A stretch of DNA of 64,000 nucleotides from Octopus bimaculoides (taxonomy: Eukaryota), in assembly GCF_001194135.2 (NCBI RefSeq), contig NC_068986.1, forward strand, positions 21,480,529-21,544,528, in the 5' to 3' direction. The notes below the pieces were generated by a model, which was given only the letters and a program-made list of their open reading frames with translations, had not been told where the DNA came from and searched no databases. A program made the translations under genes and the position numbers. This document shows, piece after piece, positions 26,101 through 37,665 of the stretch (the first letter of the stretch is position 1; each line of letters starts with the position of its first letter).

Positions 26101-28490
26101 GATGGTGGTGAACCCTGCTGTACACTGTCCCCACAACTTTCTCTCACTCTTACTTCCTGTTTCTGTTGTGCCTGTAATTCAAGGGGTCAGCCTTGTCACA
26201 CTGTCACGCTGAATATCCCCGGGAACTACGTTAAGGGTACACGTGTCTGTGGAGTGCTCAGCCACTTGCACGTGAATTTCACGAGCAGGCTGTTCTGTTG
26301 ATCAGATCAACTGGAACCCTCGACGTCGTAAGCGATGGAGTGCCAACAACAACTCAAATTGTTGAAAAAACCGATAATAGGGCCCCTGGAAAGGATCCTT
26401 ATATATATCTAATATATTTTATTTTAAAAACGAAGGGAAATAACTCATTCGCCCCTGGAAGTGATCCTTATATATAGCCAAGGGAAATCGAGTATACTAT
26501 AAAAACCCATGTAATTTGCACACTTGTGTAATTTACACAGGTGATTTTCAGGATAAAATTTGTATAAAAAATGCTTCTACTCATGTCAAATTCACACTCA
26601 CAAGTTTTCAGAATTGCCAATATGGCCGGGGGAAAAAGGTTTTCAATTTAGTTGTATTTAGTATAATTTCACTTACTTATGATTAGATTTTATTAAATTT
26701 TCATTATATAAAAATAATTTCTGTTTAACAGGTATCACATTAAAAGCTATTAAATTACAAAGTGTTTGTGTTGTTTATAATAAAATCTCTTTTTACCTGT
26801 TTCCGTCTGCAGTAGCAATTCTGGAATCAACTCATGTTCTTTGTTATCAGTGCCATTACTGTTGCTTCTAGGATTCTTTGTAGTGTTTACTTCCTGTGGA
26901 ATTACAGCAGCTACACTTGGTGGGTTTCCTAAAAAAGGAAAATACATTATGCTATTAAAACAGACAAATGACAGTATATTTTAATTATTGATATTCCATA
27001 CACATATTTATCAAATCCTTTAAATTAATCAACAAACAATAAGTGGAGACGTGGTTACGTGGTTAAGAAGTTTGCTTCCCAACCATGTGGTCTTGGGTTC
27101 AGTGCCACTGTGCAGCACCTTGGGCAAATGTCTTCTACTATAGTCATGGGCTGTCCAAAGCTTTGTGAGTGGATATAGTAGAAGGAAACTGAAAGAAGCC
27201 AGATGTATGTGTGTGTGTATGATGATATATATCATCATCATCATCATCATCATTTAACAGCCGCTCTCCATGCTAGCATGAGTTGGACGGTTTAACCAGG
27301 GACTGGTAAATCAGGTGGCTACACCAGACTCCAATCTGATCTGGCAGAGTTTCTACAGCTGGATGCCCTTCCTAACGCCAACCACTCCGAGAGTGTAGTG
27401 GGTGCTTTTTATGTGCCACCGGTACGAGGGCCAGTCAGGCAGCACTGACAACAGCCATGCTGAAATGGTGTTTTTTACGTGCCACCTGCACAGGAGTCAG
27501 TCCAATGTTTTGTTCACATGCCACCAGCACAAGTGCCAGTAAGGTGAAGCTGGAAACGATTGCACTCAAATGGTGCTTTTTACATGCCACTGGCATGGAA
27601 GTGAGACCGCTGCTCTGGCAGTGATCCCACTCGGATGGTGTTGTTAGCGCTCCACTGGCACGGGTGCCAGTCATCGAATTTGGTTCAGATATATATTATG
27701 AGTGTGTGTATAAATCTGTATGATGGGCTTCTTTCAGTTTCCATCTTCCAAATCCACTCACAAGGCTTTGGTCAGCCCAAGGCAATATAGAACTTGGAAC
27801 CCTGGCATTGGGAAGCAAACTTCTTACAACTTCTTACCACAGTCACACATGAAAACAAAAAGCAATGCATATAAAGCAACTGTAAAATACATTCTTACCT
27901 ATAGTAATAGCTTTCAATTTATTCAAAATAGATAGCAACCTGCAAAAGGAATTGAATAAATAGAGATATAACAGAGAAAAGCTTGAAACTAAATTTGTCA
28001 CTAAAAATAATATTCTTACAATGTCAATACAAAAGACTTTCTTAGCAAAATATTTTGTAATTATTATAGAACAGTGATGGTGAGCCTGTGAAATACATGT
28101 CAATACATCACGGGCCTTTAGGTGTGACTCTGAAAAAACAATTCTCCCTGTAATATCCAGTATAACATCATACTTTGTGAGTAAGTGTGCTGGAGCGAAA
28201 CTGTCTGGGAGCCTATTGTGTGTGTGTGTGTGTGTGTATAGTAACTATACCACTTTACTGGAAGAGTGGATGATGATAATCTAAATGGAGCTCTAAATTT
28301 GCCATAGGGATAAATGAATATTCATCATAGGCAGAGGCTGTGTGGTTAAGAAGTTTGCTTCTCAAACACATGATTCCGAGTTCAGTCCCATTGCATGGCA
28401 TCTTAGAGAAGAGTCTTCAACCGTAGTCTCAGCCCAACTAAAGCCTTGTGAGTGGAAACTGAAAAGTAAGTCATTATATATACACATGCA

Positions 28491-28524
<34 letters not shown>

Positions 28525-31500
28525 TATGTGTGTGTGTGTGAGAGCACGAGTATGTTTGTGTGTCTCCTAGTCTTGACATAGTGTGAGAGATGTAAGTGAA
28601 TGTCACTGTCACACAAGTCATTTCCAATATACTGTGAAAACATTTCTGGCCATGAAGAAATATTGCCTGACTTTGAAACAAATGAGAGTTGGCAACAGGA
28701 AGGGCATACAGATGTAAAATATCTACCTCAATAGATTCTGTCTGACCCATGCAAGCATAGAAAAGTGGACATTATAATGATGATGATGATCATCATCATC
28801 ATCATTATTATTTTTGAAGCTGTAGTGTTCAACCTTCTTTGGAAACTACAGGAAATAAGTTTCCAAACTACAGTTTGGAAATAACTTAGGGTTGGCAACA
28901 GGAAGAGTAACTGGCCATAGAAAATCTGCATAAAGAAACTCTGTCTGATCTATGAATGCATGGAAAGGTGGACATTAAATGGTGATGGATAATGGCTTTA
29001 GAAAAGTCACTACAACAATACAAAATATAGAACTTGCAAATCAAATTAAATTAATTACTCACCAAGCAGTAAATTTTTCAGTGCTATTGCCAAGGAATAA
29101 ATGAAGATCCTCGTTCATTTGTTCCCGGGTCTTCTTATTAGCAACCATCACCATGATGTAGTCAGGTAGTTCTTCATCTAAAACATAAACATTTTAATTA
29201 GAATATAAAATTTGTAAATGGAATTAATTGATTATATGTATCATCATCATTTATATTAATATATTTTGAACAGCTAGAAAAATCAACTGGTAGAGGTTTA
29301 CCTCACTAGGATTGAAACAATTAGGTTTTCAAATATTTTTCTTAGTTACAAAATTCAATGTCTATTTTTTTAAAAATGACTCCCTTATGAACCTAACCTG
29401 CTCACTGTGTCCCTGTTGAATCTCTTCCCCACAACATAGCCTTCTAATACCCCTCCCTCTATTTATCTCCAATCTCTACATTCCGTCTCCTTTAACTCCA
29501 ATTTTCCTTTCGCAATCTTGCAAACTTACCCACCCACTCAACCTATCCAATCCTTGGTTCTCTTTGTGTGCACCTCTCTAAAACTTTACCATACCATCTT
29601 CTCTCCCATCCCTCTTCTACAGAGGTGGCCATGTACCTCCTTTACTGCAAAACACCTGTTTCTGTTCCTTTGTTCATACTCTAAATTCCCATCATCTGGT
29701 TCAAAGCCATCTCACTCTGCAACCATATGGGTTCAGGTTCAATTCCACTGGGTGGCATCTTGGGCAAGTGTACTTCTACTATAGCCCTAGGCTGACCCAT
29801 GACTTGTGAATGAATCTGGTAGATGGAAACAGTGTGGAAGCCTGTATGTATGCATGTGTATAGGAGTGTGCATGCTTTTGTGTTTGTGTGTATGCACTTG
29901 TATTTTTCTACCACTGTTTAATAACTGGTATTGGTTTGTTTACATCCCCATAGCTTAGCAGTTCAACATAAAAAAAACTCAACAGAATATGTACCAGACT
30001 TAAAAATTAGTATTAGAGTCAATTTGCTTGACCAAACCCTTCAAGGCAGTGTCCTAGAAAGGTTGCAGTCTAATGACTAAAACAAGTAAAGAGTAAAATC
30101 CTTCATCAGATTAACAAATAATCTGTACAAAATAAAATCAGGCTCCCAGCAAGAGGTTATCATGACCTTGCAACACAACACCCTCAATACTTCTCCTAGA
30201 TGTCAAAAACTAAGACTACACCCTCTTCTCTATGTATGTGTGTGTGTGTGTATCAGCAACATCAGTCCAGATGATCCAATCTAGACCCCTATAAATTACC
30301 ACTTACTAACTCAGAGACAACACACTATAAGATGTGGCGGGGTTGAGTGTTAGTAATAAATATCCCAGCCTTTATCTATGGTCCAGATTACTCAAATCTT
30401 TATTTAAACTTTACTCCAAAAGTTGGAGACTGTGATTTCATTCACCCTGATATTCACAATTTTCACATGGCTGGTATCACTAACAAAAGCTTTAAGTTAC
30501 CCTGGCTTGCATCTCTCTGTCCCACACATTTAAGTACACTCTGCTTCCTCTATCATTTTCTGACTTCTACAACCACCATCAACTCTTCCAGCATATTTCT
30601 CCTTACACAGAGGACATCTCTTAGCTTTCATCCTTCTCCATAGTCATTGCTCTCAATGCTCTTAACTCTTCTTGGCTCTCACACTCCTCAAATATTGATG
30701 CAGGTACAATGTTTTTTTTTTTTGTGCAATCCTTGACACTTAATGTCATCTCCTACAAGTATCCCTGATTGACACACTGATACTCCAAATGCTCTTGATC
30801 GCTTTCTCACCTCCAAACCCAAACTCCAACAGTTCATCACCATCTCTACATCCATCAGGTCATCTCACTGTTACTCTGTTGCAAATACCAATCATACATT
30901 CACATACTAACACAATGTTCCCACCTCTCTTGGACACTAAAGCACTTCAGAACAACTCACCGGTGTGAGTTCTGCTGGTTCTATACATAATGCACTTCAT
31001 TCCTAATCTCAGAAACAATAAGGCAACTGGCTGAAACCAGCTTCTAAGGTATGTGTCTCCACTTTACCTTGCAACCAAAATTCACAGCTGAAGTGGTTCG
31101 TGCACAACTGCACTACAGCAATTCAGACAAGAAAATTAGAGGCTATATAACACTTAGACAAAATTACTCACTCCTACAAACTGCACCCTGTAACACCATT
31201 AACCAAACTGCAAGGATATCTCTGTGTTTAGCACAGCCTTCAAACTCTCTCGCCTTCTAAATTGCAGCCAAACATCAACATCCTTTACCAGAAGACTCCC
31301 TACCAAATTTGCAGAATCCTTACTTTCCTCCATTTCTCAACCATGAAGGGTCTGTCAGTGGTACTCTTGGAGAGTAAACTTTCATATTCACTGTCCACCT
31401 TGCATCCAATTCCAACTCCACACAGCATACACTCAGTAAATCTTCTCCAGAATTATTTCTTTCTATGTTAAACACATAACGTCCTCTCTTTGCTTTCAAC

Positions 31501-33243
31501 CAACAAAGCCACTGGCCCTGATAATGTCCCTTTCATTATCTTCAAACAATGCATCCGAGTGCCCCTTAGCCCCTATTCTTACCAAACTCGCCCACCACTC
31601 TCTTTACAATGTCCCAGTCTTTGGAAAAAAGATTTTCCAAACAATTTTGTTGTTCCCCATGGTTTCATTTTGTTCCCCCACACAATAATATGAACGACTT
31701 TCTCACTCACTCCTCTGATACCACCCTTCCTTCTCGCCTTCATAACTTTCCACATCCAAACATACACAAGCAACCTAAACATCTCACACCACATTTGTAC
31801 TAACTTCATGAATAGAGATGTTGGAAACATCCTCCAATGATATCATGTCTTTTTTTATCTCCTTCACAATTGCTTCAAATGTTAGAACTCATCACTATTA
31901 AGGATCTCTCTTAGTGAATGCACATTCACAACAGAGCAATGATCACATCTCAAATACTGACCATCCTCTTCAAGACTTTAAACCTTAATAACTACTGACC
32001 CTTTTCTGAGACTCTTCACAAAGCTTAGCTGTCACCCACAATGGAGCACTGCTCCTACATTTGAAACAATTTGCTGCTACACATACACAGATATCTTTTA
32101 CTAGATCTAAAGGCCATTTGACTGAAATATACTCTGACCTCTGAGCCACAAACATTGCTCAGATCTGACTGATATTATGCCACCTTTATTCAGGCACTCC
32201 ACATTGAATTGATCTCTTCCTCTTGTTACCCATGTTGTATCCCTTTCCCATATCCCACCCAATCGTTTCTCTTCAGAAGGTCAGTCCTCTGAAATTCCTA
32301 CCTTTTACGTATTCTTAGTCATTAACTTACAACCCTTCAAGAGAAATGTCAACACCATGACTCCATGTCTTTCACCAATCTCCGAGAGCTCCATACTCCA
32401 GATGAAACCAAATAAAAATAAAACGTCTCCTTCATTTGTTTATATACTGTTCCTATAGATTTACCAAATGTATGATTGCTTACCTTCATAGGCACCGAGT
32501 TCCACAAGCTTCGTCTTGATGGCAGACTACAAAATAAATAAACCACATCATTTCATTAATAAATCATATTTAAAAGAGTAAGTTTATTATAATTTAAATC
32601 ATAATGTTGGAAGTAACAAGCCAAAATATTTTAAATACATAAACATGCAAATATTGATGAGCTATCTTCTTAAATCCATGATAGAATTATACGAAGTCGT
32701 CTGGACACAGAACAAACTCAAACTCTATGGAATCCCTCTAAATACTGCTCTGATCAGTGTACTTCTATCAGTTGATCTTTTGCAGTAATGTGCAGAAACC
32801 ATCTTCTAAAGATCCACCTAGATCCTAGCCTATTACTCTACCTTAGTAGTATTTACATGTTTAAACCAGACAGTTTTAGTTGTTAACTAACAATAATCGC
32901 TGATCATTGCTAGACTTGTTAATGTAGAAACCAAATCCAATACGAGATCATTTTGATTCAGTTTTTAACTCTTAGGTCGCTGAAACCAAGGACGGATCGA
33001 CCATGTTATACTATCGGACAGTATACACATTCGACATATAAACACAATTGACTTTTTTTTTAAATTATTATTTACACATTACTGGAAGGGCAGAGAGAGG
33101 GAAAACTGCTACAGTTCAATTTATATAATTAATTATGTCCCAGCCTAATTCTTTTTAAAATCCCAAGTTCAGTTCTTACGTGAAACCATGTCCTATTATA
33201 CATTACTCCAATCTGTGAGCGTATGTATTATGTACCTTATATG

Positions 33244-33277
<34 letters not shown>

Positions 33278-33382
33278 NNNNNNNNNNNNNNNNNNNNNNN
33301 NNNNNNNNNNNNNNNNNNNNNNNNNNNNNNNNNNNNNNNNNNNNNNNNNNNNNNNNNNNNNNNNNNNNNNNNNNNNNNNNNN

Positions 33383-33413
<31 letters not shown>

Positions 33414-33777
33414 TAGATAGATATGTATGTATGTATGTATACACACACATACAAACATTACAAGTTATCTATTTATCGGGCGGATATGTGTAAATATATT
33501 CCTTTGAGCGATTTTATAATTAAAATATTCCAGATTTGATAAATTTGGTTAACTTTATAAATAATATATACACACACACACATATATATATATATTGATT
33601 CTTTACATTCATCATCATCATCACCCTAAGTCTGTAGAATCTACGTCGATCAGTAATAATACTACGGTGTCCACGCTTTAAAAAAAATCGGGTTAAAATG
33701 TCACATTTTACAGAATTAGTTAAAAAATATTTTACTCATACCCTTATTTTTTGACTTATCTCGTTTCCTATTTCCAT
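4523..33777 (-). CDS. ZC3H14: Zinc finger CCCH domain-containing protein 14 (Nab2-like poly(A) RNA-binding protein), whole gene span; 15 confident exons plus 3 candidate terminal exons
   Basis: Spliced translation begins MEIGNEISQKIR-SAIKTKLVELGAYE-DEELPDYIMVMVANKK (ZC3H14 N-terminus), contains TQFIVTLDG and five CCCH fingers; all junctions are GT-AG with matching phases. The 3' end below 9565 is less certain. Confidence 0.93.
5066..5399. mobile_element. hAT-type MITE
   Basis: TIRs caggggttctcaac / gttgagaaccactg; degenerate 8-bp flanks atgtaaat and gtctatat. Confidence 0.7.
5597..5712 (-). CDS. ZC3H14: Candidate ZC3H14 exon (YIMVASFTSSENSLVELLVLLHSGGYWSICVTLDPNKR)
   Basis: 116 nt, tcttcttag| and |gtaagt; stop-free in phase 0 and exits in phase 2; acceptor modest. 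Confidence 0.42.
6187..6440 (-). mobile_element. RTE-clade LINE ORF2 C-terminal fragment
   Basis: RLAGHCVRH...LVLWHP..GRTRRGRKKMTYID...W, the typical RTE C-terminus. Confidence 0.85.
7557..7941 (+). mobile_element. tRNA-derived SINE family C, full length, (CAA)n tail
   Basis: A/B box head tggcccagtgg...ggtttcgattccc; perfect 12-bp TSD atgtggctactc (7545-7556 and 7942-7953). Confidence 0.9.
8241..8472. mobile_element. piggyBac-like MITE (inverted partial copy at about 4890-5055)
   Basis: ttaa-cccattagcatt ... aatgctaaagg-attca termini. Confidence 0.55.
8960..8990 (-). CDS. ZC3H14: Candidate ZC3H14 small exon: 31 nt, or 13 nt (8960-8972) from an in-frame internal acceptor
   Basis: T9-gtag acceptor, a second cag 18 nt downstream, ATG|gtaagc donor; open in the incoming phase; no homology support. 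Confidence 0.5.
9565..9674 (-). CDS. ZC3H14: ZC3H14 exon 15, CCCH finger 5 (PCRYGISCTNKTFCTFYHP...QLRWKAEKSRA)
   Basis: 110 nt, ttctccag| and |gtatgt, phase 0 to 2. Confidence 0.92.
11093..11538. repeat. About 123-bp near-perfect inverted repeat with a 200-nt spacer
   Basis: 11093-11215 versus 11415-11538: two substitutions and a homopolymer-length difference. Confidence 0.92.
12609..12721 (-). CDS. ZC3H14: ZC3H14 exon 14, CCCH finger 4 (CKFFPTCKNMNCPFTHPK)
   Basis: 113 nt, tcaatag| and |gtaagc, phase 1 to 0. Confidence 0.94.
12780..13310 (-). mobile_element. Probable 5' region of an RTE-clade LINE
   Basis: Resembles RTE/Expander 5' UTR sequence from memory; short broken ORFs. Confidence 0.35.
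13653..13865 (+). mobile_element. SINE family F (other copies at about 8520-8720, 37050-37200, 55840-56030)
   Basis: ggcggc..ctggcagaa head, tttgcctttcatcc core. Confidence 0.75.
14025..14167 (-). CDS. ZC3H14: ZC3H14 exon 13, CCCH fingers 2-3 (KFPKCKFGQNCLYIHPKCKFDTKCSRTDCPFSH)
   Basis: 143 nt, ctttcag| and |gtaagt. Confidence 0.95.
15747..15867 (-). CDS. ZC3H14: ZC3H14 exon 12, CCCH finger 1 (CKFWPSCQNGTHCKYYH)
   Basis: 121 nt, tttgtag| and |gtaagt. Confidence 0.95.
16686..16870 (-). CDS. ZC3H14: ZC3H14 exon 11 (KETEDKTQFIVTLDG...DTTDE)
   Basis: 185 nt; FIVTLDG motif; |gtaagg donor; phase 2 to 1. Confidence 0.92.
18163..18394 (-). CDS. ZC3H14: ZC3H14 exon 10 (ELDGRQNKLRQ...ARIVKKN)
   Basis: 232 nt open frame, cttacag| and |gtaaaa, phase 1 to 2. 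Confidence 0.85.
18917..19357 (+). mobile_element. tRNA-derived SINE family A (head, central microsatellite, AAAAGAGT tail), full length
   Basis: ggagtggctgtgtggtaag head, ttgggcaagtgtctt core, gaaacaagtaaaagag tail. Confidence 0.9.
20356..20520 (-). CDS. ZC3H14: ZC3H14 exon 9 (EHAMIKPMFHEV...FGEEEDD)
   Basis: 165 nt open frame, tatttag| and |gtaatt, phase 1 to 1. Confidence 0.82.
20990..21320 (-). mobile_element. RTE-clade LINE fragment
   Basis: LLYSCETWALS...RLKSFGTRTLRMIM..HW.DFISNQRLY motif. Confidence 0.85.
22486..22586 (-). CDS. ZC3H14: ZC3H14 exon 8 (SSIPPELQANKCLLLKAVKDAHKS...)
   Basis: 101 nt; conserved QANK.LLLKAV motif; phase 2 to 1. Confidence 0.92.
23428..23840 (-). mobile_element. 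SINE family A, full length
   Basis: Reverse complement of the family A consensus seen repeatedly in the window. Confidence 0.9.
24060..24256 (+). mobile_element. Same hairpin-ended DNA element, 3' part (another partial copy at about 22995-23135)
   Basis: Alignable core and terminal hairpin. Confidence 0.6.
24772..24908 (-). CDS. ZC3H14: ZC3H14 exon 7 (QNRKRRIPGSVIGS...GSVASVIRVTERK)
   Basis: 137 nt; conserved GSVASV.V..R motif; tttcag| and |gtaagt. Confidence 0.92.
25183..25589 (-). CDS. ZC3H14: ZC3H14 exon 6 (DEFNEEQEE...QLQLAR), S/T-rich linker
   Basis: 407 nt inside ORF 25159-25620, atttcag| and |gtaagt, phase 1 to 0. Confidence 0.88.
25969..26351 (+). mobile_element. SINE family C, full length, nested in an older element
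   Basis: Same sequence as the 7557 copy; TSD actcagattgt / actcaaattgt. Partial minus copy at about 16300-16500. Confidence 0.9.
26797..26928 (-). CDS. ZC3H14: ZC3H14 exon 5 (GNPPSVAAVIPQE...LLQTET)
   Basis: 132 nt open frame, ttttttag| and |gtaaaa, phase 1 to 1. Confidence 0.85.
27899..27939 (-). CDS. ZC3H14: ZC3H14 exon 4 (LLSILNKLKAITI)
   Basis: 41 nt, ttttgcag| and |gtaag, phase 2 to 1. Confidence 0.9.
28325..28800 (+). mobile_element. Composite SINE: family A head, microsatellite, family B (RTE-type) tail
   Basis: Same architecture at about 60795-61145 (+) and 1920-2325, 14290-14705, 40720-41030 (-). Confidence 0.7.
29063..29177 (-). CDS. ZC3H14: ZC3H14 exon 3 (DEELPDYIMVMVANKKTREQMNEDLHLFLGNSTEKFTAW)
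   Basis: 115 nt, PWI-like core, |gtgagt donor. Confidence 0.96.
30250..32350 (+). mobile_element. Decayed non-LTR retrotransposon ORF2 (CR1/Jockey/I-like) in ZC3H14 intron 2
   Basis: C/A-rich strand; LSTNKATGPDNVP (K..GPD motif before RT), SDH-like and PQG-like remnants; many stops and frameshifts. Confidence 0.65.
32484..32526 (-). CDS. ZC3H14: ZC3H14 exon 2 (SAIKTKLVELGAYE)
   Basis: 43 nt, ttttgtag| and |gtaag, phase 0 to 1. Confidence 0.93.
33278..33381. other. Assembly gap (N run) in ZC3H14 intron 1, between (TA)n and (GA)n
   Basis: N bases. Confidence 1.
33742..33777 (-). CDS. ZC3H14: ZC3H14 coding exon 1 (MEIGNEISQKIR)
   Basis: 36 nt, ATG to AGG|gtatga donor; near-identical to human MEIGTEISRKIR. 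Confidence 0.92.
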
Positions 33778-36700
33778 TTAGGATAGGTTTGATAACTTTT
33801 TAGAAAGGAAATATAAACCGATATATTATCAAGGTAAGGTGTACAGGTTTCTTACTAATAGAGTAGTTTTTGTGGCTAATGAACCTCATGTGAATTACAA
33901 GATTCGACCACTGATACACATAGGTCTTCACCCGAATATACAAGTGTATTAAGTTTATTGCTCAGAAATTAAATATTTAAGACACTGAACCGCGTAAAGA
34001 AAGCAATGTGCATAGTGCAAGAACATTTTTAAAAAATGGAAATAAATAATATCTTTTTTTAGCTTTTTAATGCGTCTTGCAGTAAATATGTTAACACTAA
34101 CTTACGTTTTTCTTTTTATCTTTTAAGAATTTTGTACGTTTTATTTTCCACATTAATGTAGTTCAACTAGATCTTAAATTTTCAGAAAATATAAGAACAG
34201 ATATTTTTAAAGTTTAGTATATTTCTAATATGTAACCACCAAATAAGGTCAATGAAAGTTTTATCTATTTTGCGACTGAACTGAAAATTTCAAAGCTTAA
34301 TGCCTAAACATGTACTAATTACTTCAGTTTATTTTCCTACTATATTTTAGATATCTATTATTATTTACGAAATATAACCTAGTTATGTCAACCACATCTT
34401 CGTCTCCAAGTATAACTGTTGTTGTCAACAACAACGAAGAAGGTTTTGACATTGTTGCTTGACATGCTCTAAATAACAGTTAAATCTCCCTGACGTCTCA
34501 CCCTACTGTCTTGACGTAAAAAGTGAAAAAATTACATTTTGACACTTGTTCTTCTTTGGAAAGAAAAGAAAATATATGACGGCCAATGCTGGGGTTCCTA
34601 AGAAGCCATGGGATAATATATATCGGGAAAGTAAAAGACTAAATGATTATAGTTGAAACGCCTTCTTGATCAGGATTGGTCTACGGCTAAACTATAACGA
34701 AAGCACAGCTGTTGTTGCTAATAATTTATTCTTGGCAACAAATTCCATAAAAGAATAATCAAAGAAAGTCAGATGCTAAAAACCTTTAAATAGACAAGGT
34801 TGGTGCGAGGAAAAAGAAATACAAAAGAACTAACAAATGGTCCCATTTCCAGCGTTCTCCTCGAAAATATTTCCATAGTTTCTGTTTGTTTATTTATTTA
34901 TTGTATTTACCTCTCAAATTTCAAAGCGTTTATGACTGGGTGTTTATTAAACTGATTGCAGTTTCCCTGCAAAAGCCAAGCTCTGTGCTCTTATTTAACA
35001 AGCTAGAGTCATTGCGCTTTGGGAAGAAACGGTAAAGAAAGAAAATATAATTTGATATTTATCGCGTTTAGAGAAAAAAAGTGCCGAGAAGGAAATTTTG
35101 GCATAGATTCATAGGACCTATTTTGCATAAAACATAAACAATGATTTGAATACTGACAATGAATTTCAACATTTAAATTTGAGGAGCCTTCAATTATACC
35201 TGCCAGATCTTGGAATATTCTTGTAGGTCTCATATTATTTTGATCTCATGATTACACCAAATTTTTCTATATCATGATTGAAAAGAATTTATTACATCAG
35301 TTATGAACCTTTGAAAAAAGCTACACTGCAGTTTTCATATACCATGCAATCCATACTTCTGCACAACTATCATCTATGTCTTCTCTTAAACCCAAAAAGA
35401 AATCCAAACTTTATAACTACTTTTATCCATTGATATTGTTTTATTCTTTTACTGGTTTCAGTCATTTGACTGTGGTCATACTGGAGCACTGCCTTTAGTC
35501 AAACAAATCAACCCCAGGACTTACTCTTTGTAAGCCTGGTACTTACTTTATTGTTCTCTTTTGCCGAACAGCTAAGTCACAGGGACATAAACACACCATC
35601 AATTGTTAAGTGATGGTGGGAGGACAAATGCAGACATACAAATACATACATACATACATACATATATGTACGATGGGTTTCTTTCTGCTTCTATCTACCA
35701 AATCCACTGACGAGGCTTTGGTTGGCCTGAGGCTTTAGAGTAAGGTGCCAAGGTGCCATGCAGTCATCATCATCATCACCATTTTCTTTTAATGTCCACT
35801 TTCCATACTAGCATGGGTTGGATGTATATTAATATATTGATATTAACATAAACACGGAGCGTTGTAGCATTATTACAGCATCACAATACTAACCACACCA
35901 TCAGATGTTGTTATACACTGCTGATCACAATGCACTTCCAATTCTGTCTTGTTTGCGTCATTCTTTTCCATCTGGACCCAAACTGTTTAACCAAATAATC
36001 TTCCCATCATATAGGCCTTCCAAGTAACCTTTCCCATCTCTTGGATACCACTCAGCAACTGCATGGATCCAGCTATAGTTTGTGAACCTTGCAACATGTT
36101 CAACTCAATAGAACTTATGCTTTTGGTACTCTGTGATCACATCAATTACTCTACTCCATTCTCAAATTATCTCATCTCAAATATGCTCTCTTAACGATAT
36201 TTGTAGCATGAATCTTTCCATGGCTCTTTGCATTGCAGCCAATTGATATTCTGTCTTCTTCGTAGTAGCCCATATGTCTCTTGTGTATTAGAGCGCAAGT
36301 TGGACTGTGCTGCCGAAGAGTCTGGCATTATATAAATATTATTATTTCTCCATTGAAAGCTATGTCAGAATTGATGTGGCTAAGAAAGCAAAACATACAT
36401 TTGAAATGAGAACCAATAATTATACCTCAAATGGTATAAACCTAACTCTAACCCTAACCGCAAATACCAGTGAAGGGTCCTGCCTAAAATACCAGGTTCT
36501 CCTCTTCCTCACAGTAAACTAATTTATTCTATGTTGTGAACTTTTTGTGCTTACTATATGCCAAAGCAGACATTCACAAGTTACTCTGAATTTTGTTTAC
36601 TTAAGACAGTTTTAACTCAGTACTAAAGAGTGACTGACCTATTAACATAATATTATTTTGATTGGTATTATAGCAAAGATACCAGCAGAGTCCCAGACAC

Positions 36701-37294
36701 ACATGTAGCTGTTTAGGAATTGAACCTGAATCACTGTGATTGAATGTGGAAGCACGCTTAAAGACCCAAACAGGATTTCATCAGGGATTGATGATATCAC
36801 CCAACAACTAACATTAAGAAGTTTTTATCGACAGTTGTGCAGACCAGCAAAAATGCAAGAGACCCAGCTGAAGCTTAACTTGTTAGAACCTCAGTTGTAA
36901 ACAACATATTGGAATGTCATAAACAATTTTGTCTTTGGAACCTTTCTTCAATGGCCATTAGGTATATATAGATCGTTTGTCTGGTAACTGACCAATGGTT
37001 GTGACTCAGTTGGTCAACTTGCTGCAGGAACGGATCTTTACCTTTTGGCCGGCACATTTTGAGTTCAAATTCTGCTGAGGTCGACTTTGCCTTTCATCTT
37101 TTGGGGGTTGATAAATGAAGTACCAGTTGCATCCTGGGGTCGATCTAATCAACTGGTTCCCTCCCCCAAAATTTCAGGCCTTGTGCCTAGAGTAGAAAAG
37201 GATATTATTCATGTTTTATGAGAAATTGAATTAAATATGAATACTTTATATAGGTAGTGTTCAATGATTTGATTCCTGCATCTATCTTATATTT

Positions 37295-37665
37295 TTTACC
37301 TGTTTCAGTCATTTGACTACAGCCAAACAAATCGACCCCGAGCCTATTTTTTTAAAGCTTAGTACTTATTCTATCAGTCTCTTTGTTGAACTGCTAAGCT
37401 ATGGGGATGTAAACACACCAACACCAGTTGTCAAGTGGCAGTGGGGAACAAACACAGACATAAAGGCACACACTGATAGATAGATAAATAGATAGATAGA
37501 TGTGTATGATGGGCTTCTTTCAGTTTCCGTTTATCAATTACACTCACATGGCTTTGGTCGGACCAAGGCTGCTGTAGAAGACTCTTGCTCAAGGTGCCAC
37601 ACAGTGGGACTGAACCCAGAACCATGTGTTTGAGAAGCAAGCTTCTTACCACACGGCCATGCCTA
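37295..37665 (-). mobile_element. SINE family A (further copies or halves at about 38-245, 1428-1785, 7010-7215, 29690-30095, 35445-35765, 44600-44765)
   Basis: Alignable to the family A consensus. Confidence 0.82.

Noticed and set aside
35009-35233. 74-aa ORF upstream of ZC3H14
   Set aside because: No recognisable domain or splice context
36440-36470. ctaaccctaacc telomere-like motif
   Set aside because: Only about two units; common inside DNA-transposon remnants
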